From Podarcis erhardii (Eukaryota): DNA of 64,000 nt. Below are positions 1 through 11,657 of the stretch, in pieces; the stretch's first letter is position 1, and every line of letters starts with the position of its first letter. The position numbers were made by a program, and so were the translations under genes. The stretch is taken from the NCBI GenBank assembly GCA_964252035.1, contig OZ176206.1. One strand, written 5' to 3'. Under the pieces are notes generated by a model. It worked only from the letters and a program-made list of their open reading frames with translations. It was not told the origin of the DNA and made no database searches.

Positions 1-672
1 CCCTTCTGACTGTACTATTTTTAAACCAAATTCATTGAGATATGTTATAATTTTCCAGCTGTGAGCAGCTCAGCTAAGGTATAGGCAGTGCGAGGTCTGT
101 TTCCTCTCTGTCTCTTTTCTAATAATTAGGAACCTAGCCAAGCAATACGGTAGAAGAAAACTTAATTTCTTCCTTTAATTTAATTTGAATAGAGAACACT
201 GTTGGGAACATAGCAAAACCATCCTTTTTCATTCAGTAGTTTGGGAAGCTCTCCCAGATTCTACCGCCCAGAAACGTCTCCTAGTCAACGCAAGGGATGA
301 AAAAGGAACATTCTCCAATTAGCATCCTACAGCAAAGCAGCAGTGCGTGTTGCTGACGAAACCCACGCGTTGGAGCTTGTGCGGCTCGGATGCCGTCTTC
401 CAAGCAGTGCTTTTGATATTAGAACAGAGGGTGCAATGTTGAGCAATTAATGGATAGACTGGGTGCTTAATTGACGAAGAAATAAATTTGAGCACCCGAA
501 GATTTGAGCATTGTACACAGCGCGTAACATGACAGAACCTGCCCAACAGTTTAAGGCTGGAACGGGAGACCTGTTTCAGTCCAAAGGCTAAATTCTCCTT
601 AGAGCAGCCTTCTGGGGGCCCAGTGGCAGGAATGGGTGTGGCCTGCCCAAAAATAGGTAGAGCAGCACAGTC

Positions 673-805
673 AGCTGGATAGCTCAGTTGATTAGAGTGT
701 GGGGCTGATAATGGCAAGGTTGAAGGTTCAGTTCCCATAAGGGACAGCTGCATATTCCTGGACTAAGGTGATCCTCAGGATCCCTTCCAGGTCTATGAAT
801 CTATG
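673..805 (+). mobile_element. SINE with tRNA-Ile-derived head and CR1-type 3' tail
   Basis: 673-746 resembles vertebrate tRNA-Ile (TAGCTCAGTTG..AGAG..GCTGATAA..CAAGGT..GGTTC; anticodon-position GAT at 707-709). It is followed by an internally deleted CR1 tail (..GATCCTCAGGATCCCTTCCAGGTCTATGAATCTATG). Confidence 0.8.
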
Positions 806-1169
806 TGGCTCTTGCCATTATACAGTAGGCTTTAAATGCCACAGAAACACGTTGTTTCTGGGCACAACCCCTCCATCTTCTATCTAGGCAAGCAAGGGGC
901 ATCTTGTTCCCATTCATCAGTTCTCATAAGGATGGTTGTGGTGTCTCTTGAACCAGTGGACTAAAGTAGCAGCAAATTCGTGTGTCTGGCTGCCTGCTGT
1001 TGCTCCATCCGTGTACAAGGTGCTTTACAAAGAACAACAGAGCACAGAGGAGGAAAGAAGAGGAGAGAAACATGATATCAGGCTCAGCAGAAAGTGAAGA
1101 AGAGATAGCTGGAATGGAGTGAAAGCTGGAAGGGCGAGGGGGGGGGGAGGAAAGACAAAAGATGTGAGA

Positions 1170-1300
1170 GGTTGGTCCATGTAGCCCAATACTGTCCACA
1201 CTGACTAGCAGTGGCTCTCCAGGAGGTTTCCTGAGACTTACCTGAAGATGCAGACGAATGAACCTGAGACCTTCTGTATGCTAAGTTGTATCACTGAGTT
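1170..1300 (-). mobile_element. Degenerate squamate tRNA-derived SINE (CCTATGTT-tail family)
   Basis: Reverse complement of the family core GAACCTG..CTTCTG / CCAGTCAGTGT.GACA.TA.TG.GCTA.ATGGACCA shared with about 15 other copies in the window. Confidence 0.65.
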
Positions 1301-1800
1301 GAATATTCAGTGACTGAAAGGAAATTCTCAGGAGAATAGTGCTTGAATTTGTTTTTACCCTAGTAGCAGCAAATCCAGGTTTTGAGGGGTACTTGGGCAA
1401 GACACCATCTATGGAAGTCCCCTCTCTCCATGAGTCTTCCACCTCAATGTCCTCTTTCCCTGCTGCTGACGTGCCTCACTGTTGCTTGCATGCCGGACAG
1501 TGCCAATGTGAAAATAGGCAGGTCCAGGTCCTCCCCGCCATTGTTGTTTGTTTGCTCCTCCACTCTGGGCCAGAGCCAGAGGCAAGTGAACAGGCTGTTT
1601 GAAGTGGTCACCTGTCAGTACACCCAATGCTGGTCTGGAGGTCCTCAGCTGGTGCCGAATGATGCCTTGACATCCGTCTTGCACTGTAGCCAAGACAAAA
1701 TGTAGTACAATTGCAGCTTATGCGCATTTAACTTCCACAATTTCAACCATGCACGGCTGAAGACTGGTTGAAATTCAAGAAGTTATATGCAAGCTTATAA

Positions 1801-2150
1801 AGGTAAAGGGACCCCTGACCATTAGGTCCAGTCGTGACCGACTCTGGGGTTGCGGCACTCATCTCGCTTTATTGGCCGAGGGAGCCGGCATACAGCTTCC
1901 GGGTCATGTGGCCAGCATGACCAAGCCGCTTCTGGCGAACCAGAGCAGCGCACAGAAATGCCGTTTACCTTCCCGCCAGAGCAGTACCTACTTATCTACT
2001 TGCACTTTGACGTGCTTTTGAACTGCTAGGTTGGCAGGAGCAGGGACTGAGCAACGGAAGCTCACCCCATCATGGGGATTCAAACCGCCGACATTCTGAT
2101 TGGCAAGTCCTAGGCTCTGTGGTTTAACCCACAGCGCCACCCGCGTCCCT
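1801..2150 (-). mobile_element. Sauria SINE, full length, with 15-bp TSD
   Basis: Minus strand starts GGGACGCGGGTGGCGCTGTGGGTTAAACCACAGAGCCTAGG and ends GGGGTCCCTTTACCT. Exact TSD TATGCAAGCTTATAA at 1786-1800 and 2151-2165. Confidence 0.95.
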
Positions 2151-3509
2151 TATGCAAGCTTATAAGAGAGGTTAAAAGCTCATTTTGCTTCATGTTTTCC
2201 CGGCGTGGAAAGGGCTTTTAAGCTCTTTGCCTTTCTTAGGAGAAAAGACCTACTCTGCATGTGAGTTCAGGGATGCTCTTGCGAGATCTCAGACTGTGTG
2301 AGTTCCCATGGGAACTGCTGGCACCAGGTGTCTTATTGTACCAGGTATTCCCAGCACAGAAAGAGCTTTTAAGCTGTCTGCCTTGCTTGCTGGACAAGGC
2401 CCTGTTAGTGTGCCGGCTCCAGAAGGCAAGGGGTGTTTACGTGGTGGTGGTTACAAGGGGGCAGTTTGAGTATGCACATTTTTCTGTATACGTATATTCT
2501 GTATATATGTATATTCTGTATATTTCTATATGCCCCCTTGGAACTAGACCTGCACATAAGATGCACTCATACTGTAGTGAGTTCATGGTTAGAACTTGGG
2601 TCTCTCTGCTCCAATTCCAGTACTATATGCATCCAGCAAACTATGCATCAAGAGAAACCTTTCCTTCCAAAATGCCTATGTCTTTACAGAAGACAAAGAA
2701 GCGACCTTAGTTTTGTGCAGCTTAATGATGTATTTTACCAGCCAAGCAGGTCTATTGTTATTTCCTAAGAGGTTCCCTTTCAGCTTGCGCTGAATGTGTT
2801 CATTTAAGCTGCAATTGCGCTTTTTATACATTATTCTTGGGCCCCATTATTTTGCTTTTTGAGAAGAACAAGCCATTCTACTTCCCTGTTCTCTTGATGA
2901 TAGATTTTAAGGCTCCTGCCCTGTTCAAGAATGAATAGCGACATGAATTTGATGACTGTTTCTGGGATATAACTTATTGAATTGCAGTCATAGGAAATTC
3001 TGCTTACCCAGGAAAAACCCACAATATGCGCTCAGCTTGGAAGCAGGTTTTAAGTGACTTGGATTGTTAAAATTATTATTGAGGTACAGGGAAGGACGGC
3101 TTCATTGGTAGACTGGTAAAGTTTCATAGCAATTTTGCATGCTGGTAATTTTTTTTTTCATTCAGTGGGCATATGACTCAAGCACCAGGGCTGTGCACCA
3201 TAATTATGCCAAGAAGGGTTTATTTGCAGCCGTATTTCTGCCCTGCATGTAAGAGTACCAAGAAGAAAATCAGGCCTTAAAAGTTCTGAGAATACAGCTT
3301 AAGGGAGCATACACGTGTTTAAGTTGTTGCAGAAAATATGAAAAGTATAGAGGTAGATTCAGGCCCCTCCTCCTATCCTAAAAGCCCCACCTTGATTGAT
3401 TGTAAACAGCTTGATGCCATGCATGTTTCCTTCAAAGAAAAGGTTCAATGAGACTTGCGGAGATGAAGAGCTTGTGAATCTTAAAGCACTGCAGAAAGCC
3501 ATTGGTTAG

Positions 3510-3610
3510 TAGACTATAATCAAAGTGTCAGAAAGGATTTCAAGGGCCATCTAGTCCACCCCCTGCGAATGTAAACAATCTGCAGCTGCCGGTAGATGGC
3601 CATTTCGGTC
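3510..3610 (-). mobile_element. CR1 LINE 3' end fragment
   Basis: Reverse complement reads ATGGCCATCT..GCAGGGGGTGGACTAGATGGCCCTTGAAATCCTTTCTGAC, a CR1 3' UTR. Confidence 0.7.
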
Positions 3611-4997
3611 CTGTTCTGGGCTTGTCACATTCAGTGCTGCCTCTGCTCTGCCATAATTCAGCTTTCACTAAAACCCGTGTTGTTCATCTTGCGATCCACT
3701 ATGACTGAAACTCACTAAATTAATTATGTAATCAATAATATAATTGATTTCATGGCATCTCCATGGAAGAAAAACATTAAAAACAATGCCAAAAAACCCC
3801 ACCTATTTAAGGAGCATTTGCAGACTAAAGAAACGATAGCAAATACTATTTTGCATTCGTTACCATGATTTCCATTCCTAACCTCCAACAAACATGCAAA
3901 TTGCAGCATTTTCCACTCCCATTTTCATTTCTAATGGAATTCTCCAACATCCCTAGTGGCCATCAAAAATAGAAAGAACCACCTTCTGTCAGCCTATTTG
4001 CTGCATCTATAATGCAATTTGCAAAAGCAAGCCTGCCCTACACTAGTAGCATAAGGGTCTTACACCATACTTAAGATGCTTCCAATATTTAATAATGTAT
4101 TTATATATAAACCACCCTTCCCCCTCAGGAGCCCAGGATGCTCTTCCCCTCCTATATGATCCTCACAACTATCCTAAAGACGGTGACTTGCCTAAACAGC
4201 ACCTAGTGCATGGGCAGCCAATCTGGTGCCCTCTATGTGGGCTGCAAAACCAACTTGGGCAGATTCACCCATCCCTCTGGGTGGATGTTCACCACTAATG
4301 TTTGTAATTATTTGGTCCAGATTACAGATTTGTCCAACTCTTATGTTCCAGTGTATTATGAATCAAGCATTTATTCCCCACAAAGTACTTCTCTGGCTTG
4401 AACTTTTCAAAAACATGTTTCTGCAAAATATGCCAGCAATGACTTTTCAGGTGTCCCTTAAGATTTCATTTATTTATTGTCCAAGACCTGGACATGAAGT
4501 ACAGTCGTTGCTCATACACAGCTGTGAAAAAGCCTTCTAAAGCTTATATATCTTCATGCTCCAGGGAAATGTGCTCAGCTCTCTAACTCCCAAGGCTCAG
4601 AAGTCTTTCCTGATCTGTGTCCTGTATCAGTAGTTCAGGAAGTGCACAGTTCCCTGGAGAAAGAGAAAGAGAAAGAGAAAGAGATGCATCTGGGACAGAT
4701 CAGGGGTCTGTTTCACCTGCAATTACTGTCCAGAACTTAGGCAACTCTCTCTCTCTCTCTCCTCCTCCTCCCATATCCCTGTATATTTTCATTGGAAAAT
4801 TGAGGTGTTTCAGCAACAACAAGGAGAGCAAAATGAGTCTCACAACACTACACAGCTGGAGATAGCTCTCAGAAAAGATGTGAACTTTTGGCTCTTAATC
4901 ACCAAGCAAATTCCAAATTTATCTGAGTGGTTTCCACCCATCACAGGTTGAACTGTGTTGTCAGGGCAGATGCTGAGAAGGGCATATGTGTTTCTTT

Positions 4998-5154
4998 TAG
5001 CTCAGTGATAGAGTCCATACCTTGTGAGCAAAAGCTCCCAGATCCAATCCCCAAGATCTCCAGACGAGGCTGAAAAAGTCCCCTGCCTGAAACCATGGAG
5101 AGCAGCTGCCAGTCAGTGTAGACAATACTGAGCTAGATGGACCTCTAGTCTGAC
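4998..5154 (+). mobile_element. Squamate tRNA-derived SINE (CCTATGTT-tail family)
   Basis: A-box TAGCTCAGTGATAGAG, degenerate B-box, body CCTGCCTGAAACC.TGGAGAGC.GCTGCCAGTCAGTGTAGACAATACTGAGCTAGATGGACC. Confidence 0.85.
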
Positions 5155-6745
5155 AATGGACAATAGAACTACTAAGAGGCCCCCTCTGGCAGTCCTTGCA
5201 CCTGAGGGGTTCTGTAGGGAAGGAGGCAGTTTTTCAGCTCTTTGGAGTCTAAGTTGTTTGGGGTTTAAATGCTAATGGGAGCGCCTTGAATTGGGCCTAG
5301 AAACAAACTGGCAATCGGTGCATCTATTTTAGAATAAGGGTTATACAAGTTCTAAACGGAACACCAGCTGCATTTTGGACTCTTCTTATAAAGGATGTGC
5401 TACCAACTAGAGCCACTTTGCTTGTGTCTTGATATTGGCAGAGACTTTTTGCTAAACATCTCCCATTGGCGTGTCCTCCCATTTCTCGAGACTACTGCCT
5501 CCTTCATTTTACTGAGGAGAGCACTGTTTTATTTATCTGCTTGGACATTCCGGTTGCTAAATTTAGGGGTAGGGAGAAAAACTTTAAAATGCAAATATTT
5601 GGCTGTCCAGCTACAGCGTTCTGCTTCTCAAATGTGTCTTTTAGGATTTTTTTAAATATATATTTTGAATGCAGTGGAAATGTATAAAGAGTGGTCTCTC
5701 TTGCGGTGTCCTGTTAGGACAATGTTCTTCTATCAAGTATAGGTAACTTTAACTGTGCAAACTCTGCTCCACAGAGGAAACAGTGAGCAAAACACAGGAA
5801 AGGATGGACTCTTTGAGCTGATATGCCCTGCAGTAGGGATGTGCACTGACCACAGGATTTGTTTTGGATCCTGGTTTGGTGCTTTGGGAAACAATTAAAA
5901 ATAATCAAAATTATATTTCATTTAATAATGTGAATAACTTTGATTTAAACGTATTAGGCTACCTGGGTGTGATCGAGCCAAAGTGAAGCACCGAATGTGT
6001 GGTTTTCAATGGGGCTCTGCTTAGAAGAACTAGTATCTTGATCATGCTCTCTGAATTTAAGTATTGTCCCCATCTTAATCCCTACACCCCGTTCTAGATA
6101 GATGACCAGACCAAGCTCTCTGAAATAAATTGGAACTGGGCAAGGATGGGTCACGCATCCAGCTAGCTCCTCAAAAATATTGTGAGCAGCAGCTTACAGG
6201 AATCCTTCCTACACCTTTGGGGCAGGGAGGGGAAATGTTTTTGTTTTGATCCAGTTGTACAAAGAATGCCTTCATATTTTCACATGGAGAATAAAACTGG
6301 TCTCTGACACTCCCCAGAATATCTTTATCGTGGCCCAGCCTGTGAGCATGGGCAGTTTGTATGGAAACCCAAGCAGGAGGTTGAATCAGGAGCCAAGGGA
6401 GTTTATTTCTAAGAAAGAGGTTTGTTCCAAGCAGAGGCAGGCACATGTATGTGAACAGCATGAACAGCACCTTGGGCCGCTCCATGGGAGATCAGGATGG
6501 TTGCTAACACATGAGCAGGATAGCCTTGGATGTTGCTTCAACAGCAGTGTGGAATTCATTGAGGCTGTGTGCTGAGATATCAGCACGATAATCTAAGATG
6601 TTGCTTCAGCAACAGCCTGAATTTGAATAGGCTGCATCTCTGCCCCCACAAGCAGAACCCTCTTGTATTTAAAGAGGGTTTTTTTTGTTTTGTTTTTACA
6701 GCAGTGGCTCTGATTGTATTGAGGAGGGGAATTGTATTGAGGAGG

Positions 6746-7083
6746 GGAGCATCTCCACCCCCATCGTTCAGCCTGGACACTGAGGTCCAGCTCTGAGGGC
6801 CTTCTGGCAGTTCCCTCACTGAGAGAAGTGAGGTTGCAAGGAACCAGGCAGAGGGCCTTCTCGATGGTGGCACCCACCCTGTGGAATGCCCTCTCATCAG
6901 ATGTCAAGGAAATAAACAACTATCTGACTTTTAGAAGACATCTGAAGGCAGCCCTGTTTAGGGAAGTTTTTAATGTGTGATGTTTTGTTGTGTTTTTAAT
7001 ATTCTGTTGGGAGCCGCCCAGAGTGGCTGGGGAAACCCAGCCAGATGGGCGGGGTATAATTATTGTTGTTGTTGTTGTTGTTG
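6746..7083 (+). mobile_element. L2 LINE 3' end, 5'-truncated
   Basis: The + frame encodes a lizard L2 ORF2 C-terminus (TLRSSSEGLLAVPSLREVRLQGTRQRAFSMVAPTLWNALSSDVKEINNYLTFRRHLKAALFREVFNV), then GGGAGCCGCCCAGAGTGGCTGGGG and a (GTT)n tail. Confidence 0.9.
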
Positions 7084-7331
7084 TGGCTTGGTCATGGTTT
7101 CTGGGGTGGAGCTTGAGAACCAGAAGATGATGTCAATGTGATCTCTTCAGGTCATAGGATGAACTACCTTGGGGAAGGCGTATTTGGGGTTTGCACTGCG
7201 TGTGAATCCTTCCCTCACTCAGCCAGTCCATTAGAGTCTATAGTCTTATCACTGAATGTGGAAAGCTTAACCACAGGATCACTAAAATCCTTAGGGAACC
7301 AACTTGAAAGATGTTGGGACAGAGCTGGGGA

Positions 7332-7487
7332 AGGGCTGTAGCTGAGTGGAAGAGCATATGATTTGCAAGCAAAAGATTGCAGGTTCAATCCCTGCCATCT
7401 CCAGGTTGGGCTGAGAAGCCCTAGAGAACCACTGCCCCTTATTGTTGACAATATTATCCAGATTGACCAATGCTCTGACTCAGTATA
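7332..7487 (+). mobile_element. Squamate tRNA-derived SINE (CCTATGTT-tail family)
   Basis: GGGCTGTAGCTGAGTGG..AGAGCA..GGTTCAATCCCTGCCATCTCCAGGT..CTGACTCAGTATA. Confidence 0.8.
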
Positions 7488-7929
7488 TGTTCTGATGACA
7501 AAAAGTCCATGAGACCTACAATCTTCTGGAAGCACCCTTAATGCCATTTTTTTTTTCCAAAGCAAGGGTGCTGTTTCTTTTGCAATCCCCAGTATTAACC
7601 CAATGAAAAATCAAAGGTGTGTAGTTTGCTTTCACAAAGAAGGCTTTGGGAAATCCAGGGCATTTTCTCTTGAGAACTAGATTACATTCTCCAGCTTTTC
7701 ACTGCTTGTGTATGAATGCGTGCCCTTGCTTTGAAATGTCCTGTGAGGCATGGAACGAGTTCATCAAGAAAAACCCACAAAATCTCCGCCCACCCCTGTT
7801 TCTTGTTGCCTGGCAAATGTCCAGTTGAGGAACCTGGACAATCTCAGGCAGAATCATGTCTCTCTGCCTAGCATCTCCTACATTCCTCTCTGGTTATTGC
7901 TACTATAGGAGTGTGCAAATCAAGTACAG

Positions 7930-8103
7930 TAACTCCATGGGAGAGCATCTAGCTTTGTAAGCAGGAGATCCCAAGTTCGATCCCTGGCATCTCCAGGTAG
8001 GGCTGGGAGAGATCCCTTGTCAAAAACCTGGGGGAGCCCTGCCAGTCAGTGTAAACAGTACTGGGCTAGATGGGACAATAGTATAAGGCAGCTTCCTACA
8101 TTC
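7930..8103 (+). mobile_element. Squamate tRNA-derived SINE (CCTATGTT-tail family)
   Basis: B-box AGTTCGATCCC, body CCAGTCAGTGTAAACAGTACTGGGCTAGATGG, tail TATAAGGCAGCTTCCTACATTC. Confidence 0.85.
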
Positions 8104-9479
8104 AAGTCCTGATTTCAGTCCTGCTATGTTTGTGTATCCGTACTTGGGGTAAAATGCTTTGGCAGCCTTTTTCTCAGATACTTGAAAGAGTCTAGGCAGA
8201 AACACTTGGAGGGGCTGTGAGTGACTTCTGCTATATGTACTGTAGCTTGATTCCCCCTTGCTGACTGCAGCCAATTTCCATCCTCATCACAATCTGTAAA
8301 TGTGCAAATCTAGCTTTTCACGAAAAGTTCTGGTGCTGACTTCCTCTGAAAGACACCAACATTGGCAATTGTGCAGTGAACTTCCAGCAGCTTGACAGAA
8401 ATTATTCAGCAGAGGGAGGGGGGGAGTATTTTCACACATCAACATAGTTTCTTTGTCTAAAACAAAACAAAACAAAAATCAATAGCAATTCTTGCTGCTG
8501 AACCAACAGGGGGAATATCTGTTTACAGTCCTTACTGCCTCATAACTCTTGGATTTGATTCTACCTGGTCCATGGAGGGAAACTTTAACACTTAGCCAGC
8601 CGACGGAGTCACTCCTGAGGGTTCTGCTCTCTTAAAGGCTGTAGCCATATCAGAATTAGAAAAGGGAACCGATGTAACTCCACACCCATCGATTAAACCG
8701 AGGATGGAGCACTGGTGTATTTTCACTGGGAGAAAGTGGGCAGGAGAGATTCCCCTGTGGTTGAGGCTAGGGAACTATGTATGAGTTTATGTATCGGTGT
8801 ATATGCCATCAGAATCACTTAAGAATGCATTTCCCCTATTTGCCATTTTTAAATGATTTTAAATATATATTTATATTATATAAAATATATTTATTGTTCC
8901 TAATAATATGCAGAGATGATTAGTAGAATGTTATACAACACTGCAATAATGTACAGTTATATTGAATAGCCTATGAATTCTAAAAAATGCAAGTTTAATA
9001 TTTTATTAAAAAGCCACATCTTCAGTCATTTAAATATATTTCAATATTAATCTTCTTCTTCATCATCATTTCCCAAGTTATTTTACTATTTCATCTACAT
9101 TCCCTACTATTAGACTCCCCCCAGCAGAGACTATGGGTTCACTGAGTCTTGTTCTTTGTTGTGCCAATGTAAAATAAACAAACTCATTTTTTTTTTAACT
9201 ACAACCCCCCCCCCCATTGTTCCCCTATGTGTGTTGCTAAATTTTCTCTTGCTGATTTCACTCCCCATACGGTGATGACATGGCTAGGTGGCAGAGCATA
9301 TGCTTTACCTGCAGAAAGTCCCCAGTGCAATCCTTGGCATCTCTGGTTTACAAAAGGGAGCATGGAGTAGGTGATCATGAGGGCAGGATTTGGGAGGGGG
9401 GACTCCTGCATGAGAGCGTGGAGAGCAAGGGTGGGTGAACCTGCCAATTGTGGTCTGCATGCCCAGGCGTCTCCCCACC

Positions 9480-9650
9480 CTACGGTCTGCCAAAATTCCA
9501 TGAATAATGAGACATGACACTAGTGTTTGGGTCAAATCAGACCACAACTTTTATTGACCACAGATGTAAGACATTTGGCATAGGCATTGGGGCCTCCGTC
9601 ATTGGATTGCGAAAGGCAGGGGGAGTCCTGGCCTGCAATGGTATCACCAG
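9480..9650 (-). mobile_element. Possible LTR fragment
   Basis: Minus strand has CAATAAAGTTGTGGTCTGATTTGACCC..GTGTCATGTCTCATTATTC, resembling the polyA-signal region of lizard LTRs. No termini found. Confidence 0.35.
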
Positions 9651-9651
9651 G

Positions 9652-10032
9652 AAGGGTGAACGGACTTCTCCCAGTTTCTTACTTTCCAGATTTCTAGATT
9701 AGTTTGCATTTTTTCAAGTTCTCATGAAAACACATCAGCATTTAAGTGCAAATTTCTCCTTCTATGCACATTTTAAATGTAATCTGCTCTAATATACATA
9801 TTTTGCAAAGCAAATTTGCCTAATATCATGTCTTTTTTCCATTATATTTTATGTGCACTTTAGCCTAATATAATGTATTTCTGTACACAGAATTTGGAGA
9901 AGTGTGAGTTGGAAAGGCTGGCTGTGTTTTGGTTCCCATTGTTTTGGAAAGTGTGAATTAGATAGGTTTAAATGCAGAGTGGGTAGCTTTGTCTTTAAAT
10001 GTGAACTGACTCCAATTTATCCCTCATCCCTA
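9652..10032 (-). mobile_element. Old AT-rich non-autonomous DNA transposon (TAGGGATG-type terminus, hAT-Ac-like)
   Basis: Ends in CTCATCCCTA. Internal blocks (TCATGAAAA..CAGCATT, TGCACATTTT, TTTTGGAAAGTG.GAATTAG) recur at 20225-20620, 23775-24097, 25405-25720, 33227-33670 and 33700-33888. Confidence 0.65.
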
Positions 10033-11171
10033 GCGGAGTGTTCCATCCAATTCTGGTGTAGCCTATGCACAGGTACGCTGACCAGCCATAAGACACATGG
10101 GTGTCCCTTTCTAGCTCTGCATTATCTTTTTGAGTTGGAACATATTATTTCATCCTTGTATCATTTAACAAACTCATAATATAAATCGTAGAAATCTTAT
10201 GCTCTGATTTTGATAGGTCAAAGTCATTTATTTTGAACTTGGCTATTTATTTTTTGTCCACTGTAGGCAATTTTTTCTTATAAATTCCTTGTGTAATCTT
10301 CCTACCTTCCTTCCTTCCTTCCTTCCTTTTCCTCTCTTTCTTCCTCGCTCCTTGTGCGTCCCTTGATTCCATGCATGTCAGATTTGCCCATATGAATCAG
10401 ACTCGCATATTAAATCAGCATTGAAAAAACCAAACAACAATAACAGTGATGCACAATTTTAGCAATGTTTTCCAGAAATAACTGAAATGTGGCTGAGACA
10501 GTGTTCAAAATAAAATGGAAACTGTGCAAGTTACACAGACATATTTTTTTTCAGGCCGAGAAATAAATACAGCCATGGATAACAAAAGGTCTCACAAAGA
10601 AGCACATAATGATTTTACATTTCACGCTGGGACATAATCCAGCATGATCGTAACTCAGAGAGGGAGAGAGACGTCTTGCTCATTCCCAAATCTTCACAAG
10701 TAACATTGAATTATATTCATTTTATTTCAGGAAAGGAACCCGACTTTAACAAGCTTATGGTACAGAAGGAAAGGCTGAATGAATCTTGAAACAGGGAGCC
10801 CAAGACAGTAGCAGGTCTTTTTCAGGTGAGTCACATGTTTCTATAGTTTATCAGAATTTCAAAATGTACCCTTAGAAATGATCTATAACAGCCTAGAATA
10901 AATGACATGGGGCTTCAGGCTCATCATTATTACGACTACTGTTTAGGGAGTTAAGTTCACCTTAGAACTTACATACCTGGGGTACTAATTTTGTCTGTCC
11001 AGGTGGCTATTATATTCCAGGGGAGCATTCAGGTTGTGCAGTTCCACTCCCAATCCCATGCTGAAGTGGTCCAGCACAAAAGCTGTGGCGTTTCTATGGA
11101 AAATCAAAGGAAACCAAGATAAGCACAGTGACAATTTGCAGAGTTGGGAACAACATAATCCAATCAATAAT

Positions 11172-11445
11172 TTCACATCTGTAGTGGGAAAGGAAACCTT
11201 GGTTTCGACTGAGCTCTAAGCAATCAAATCAAACTTGCTGATAAATTCTAATTCAACAGTTTTTGCCGTAGACACTCCCTTTGAAATATTTTTTGTTGGA
11301 ATTTGATGACTCTGAGGCCAACTGCAGAGTATCCTGGGTGACTGAAATTTTATCCCTCTGGATTCTGAATGTTGCCATTTTTTATGTCTAAATTGGGTCC
11401 ATTTTATGCCCTTGCATGGAGATTGGCCCTGTTTGTGGTATAGGA
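11172..11445 (-). mobile_element. Penelope-like retroelement relic, GIY-YIG endonuclease C-terminus
   Basis: Minus-strand translation across frameshifts gives GQS..NGPNLDIKNGNIQNPEG*NFSHPGYSAVGLRVI..FKG..TVELEFISKFD..GFLSHYRC, matching the reptile Penelope ORF end (..INGHKSDIRNGNIQKPVGEHFNLPGHS..ELEFI.KF..GFLSHY). Confidence 0.8.
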
Positions 11446-11657
11446 GGAGGTCAGTAGGCCATGAAATCTCAGTGACTCAGGAGAAAGTATTTCTTTTTAA
11501 TTACATGGACTCTCTTTATACAGTTAATATGTGAAGGTGACTCACATCACGAAAACATGGTACCAGTGTTCCTGCCTCAAATCTGCAACATTGGCTCTGG
11601 TTTTGGAATTACAGAAAAAAAATTCTAAGGGACTTTTACCTAGTCCAACCCCTATAG

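Noticed and set aside
319-753. 144-aa minus-strand ORF
   Set aside because: Starts inside a SINE and has no homology.
1339-1705. Overlapping 87-107 aa ORFs, one with a signal-peptide-like stretch
   Set aside because: No recognisable domain, no convincing splice sites, and ORFs of this size are expected by chance.
3945-8520. CTCF-like matches (GGCCACTAGGGATG on the minus strand near 3950; CCAACAGGGGGAA near 8502)
   Set aside because: Both miss the conserved GGC/GC end of the core motif.
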